Part shown: one piece after another, positions 63,520 to 64,000 of the stretch | Layout of the letters: each line of letters begins with the position of its first letter | Numbering within the stretch: position 1 is the first letter of the stretch | Assembly: GCA_950097015.1 (NCBI GenBank) | Contig: CATNEN010000003.1 | Coordinates: 3,286,001-3,350,000 of the forward strand | Reading direction: 5' to 3' | Length of the DNA stretch: 64,000 bases | DNA from: Macrostomum hystrix | Lineage: Eukaryota; Animalia; Platyhelminthes | Position numbers and translations under genes: made by a program | The notes under the pieces: generated by a model | Databases searched by the model: none | What the model was told of the DNA's origin: nothing | Seen by the model: the letters and a program-made list of their open reading frames with translations, nothing else

Positions 63520-64000
63520 TAATTCCCTTCAGTATTAAAAGAAATCTCAATCTGCAAATTATCCTCAGAAAATCAGATAAAAAATATCCCCAGTTAATAA
63601 CTATCACAATCAGATTGCTTAACATCCCCACAGTTATTAATTATCCCTATCAGATTACAAAAATCCCCTCAGTTTTAAATTATCCTAATCAGATTGCTTA
63701 ACATCCCCTCAGTTATTTATTATCCCTATCAGATTACAAAATATCCCCTCAGTTATAAATTATCCTCATCAGACCACAAAAATCCCCACAGTTACTAATT
63801 ATCCCTATCAGGTTACAAATTATCCCTATCAGATTACAAAGTATCCCCTCAGTTACTAATTATCCCTATCAAATTTACAAATATCCCCTCAGTTATTTAT
63901 TATCTCTATCAGATAAAAAATATCCCCTCAGTTACTAATTATCCCCATCAGATTACAGAATATCCCCTCAGTTATTTACTAAGCCCAAACAGATTACTAA
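63520..64000. repeat. Degenerate ~39-bp repeat (ATCCCCTCAGTTATAAATTATCCCTATCAGATTACAAA)
   Basis: Direct reading; runs off the window end. Confidence 0.85.

Overview
Eukaryotic (metazoan, invertebrate-like) genomic DNA. Roughly half the window is tandem repeat. The profile of many different 16-48 bp minisatellites, GT-AG introns, Q/H/S-rich exons and tRNA-derived SINEs is reminiscent of the flatworm Macrostomum, but that is inference only. Three protein-coding loci can be reconstructed by hand. (1) A + strand RGS-domain gene of R4/B-like type, with exons 31158-31742, ~34771-34994, 37976-38109, 38189-38355 and 43201-43419, and a probable alternative first coding exon at 8894-9202. (2) A - strand 165-aa coiled-coil orphan ORF (46690-47187) with an RFX X-box upstream. 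(3) The 3' ten exons of a - strand ELAPOR1/2 (KIAA1324/EIG121)-family gene (63400 to 51773), whose 5' part lies beyond the window. Three tRNA-headed SINE families are present. One is a young ~590-bp family with 13-bp target-site duplications, one copy of which is nested in an older SINE. About 30 distinct tandem arrays are present, and almost all long ORFs in the supplied track are artefacts of them. The most notable observations are: CLEAR/E-box (GTCACGTGAC) arrays in introns of the endolysosomal ELAPOR gene; a minisatellite born from a SINE A-box; and a pattern of one private minisatellite per intron, placed close to the exons.
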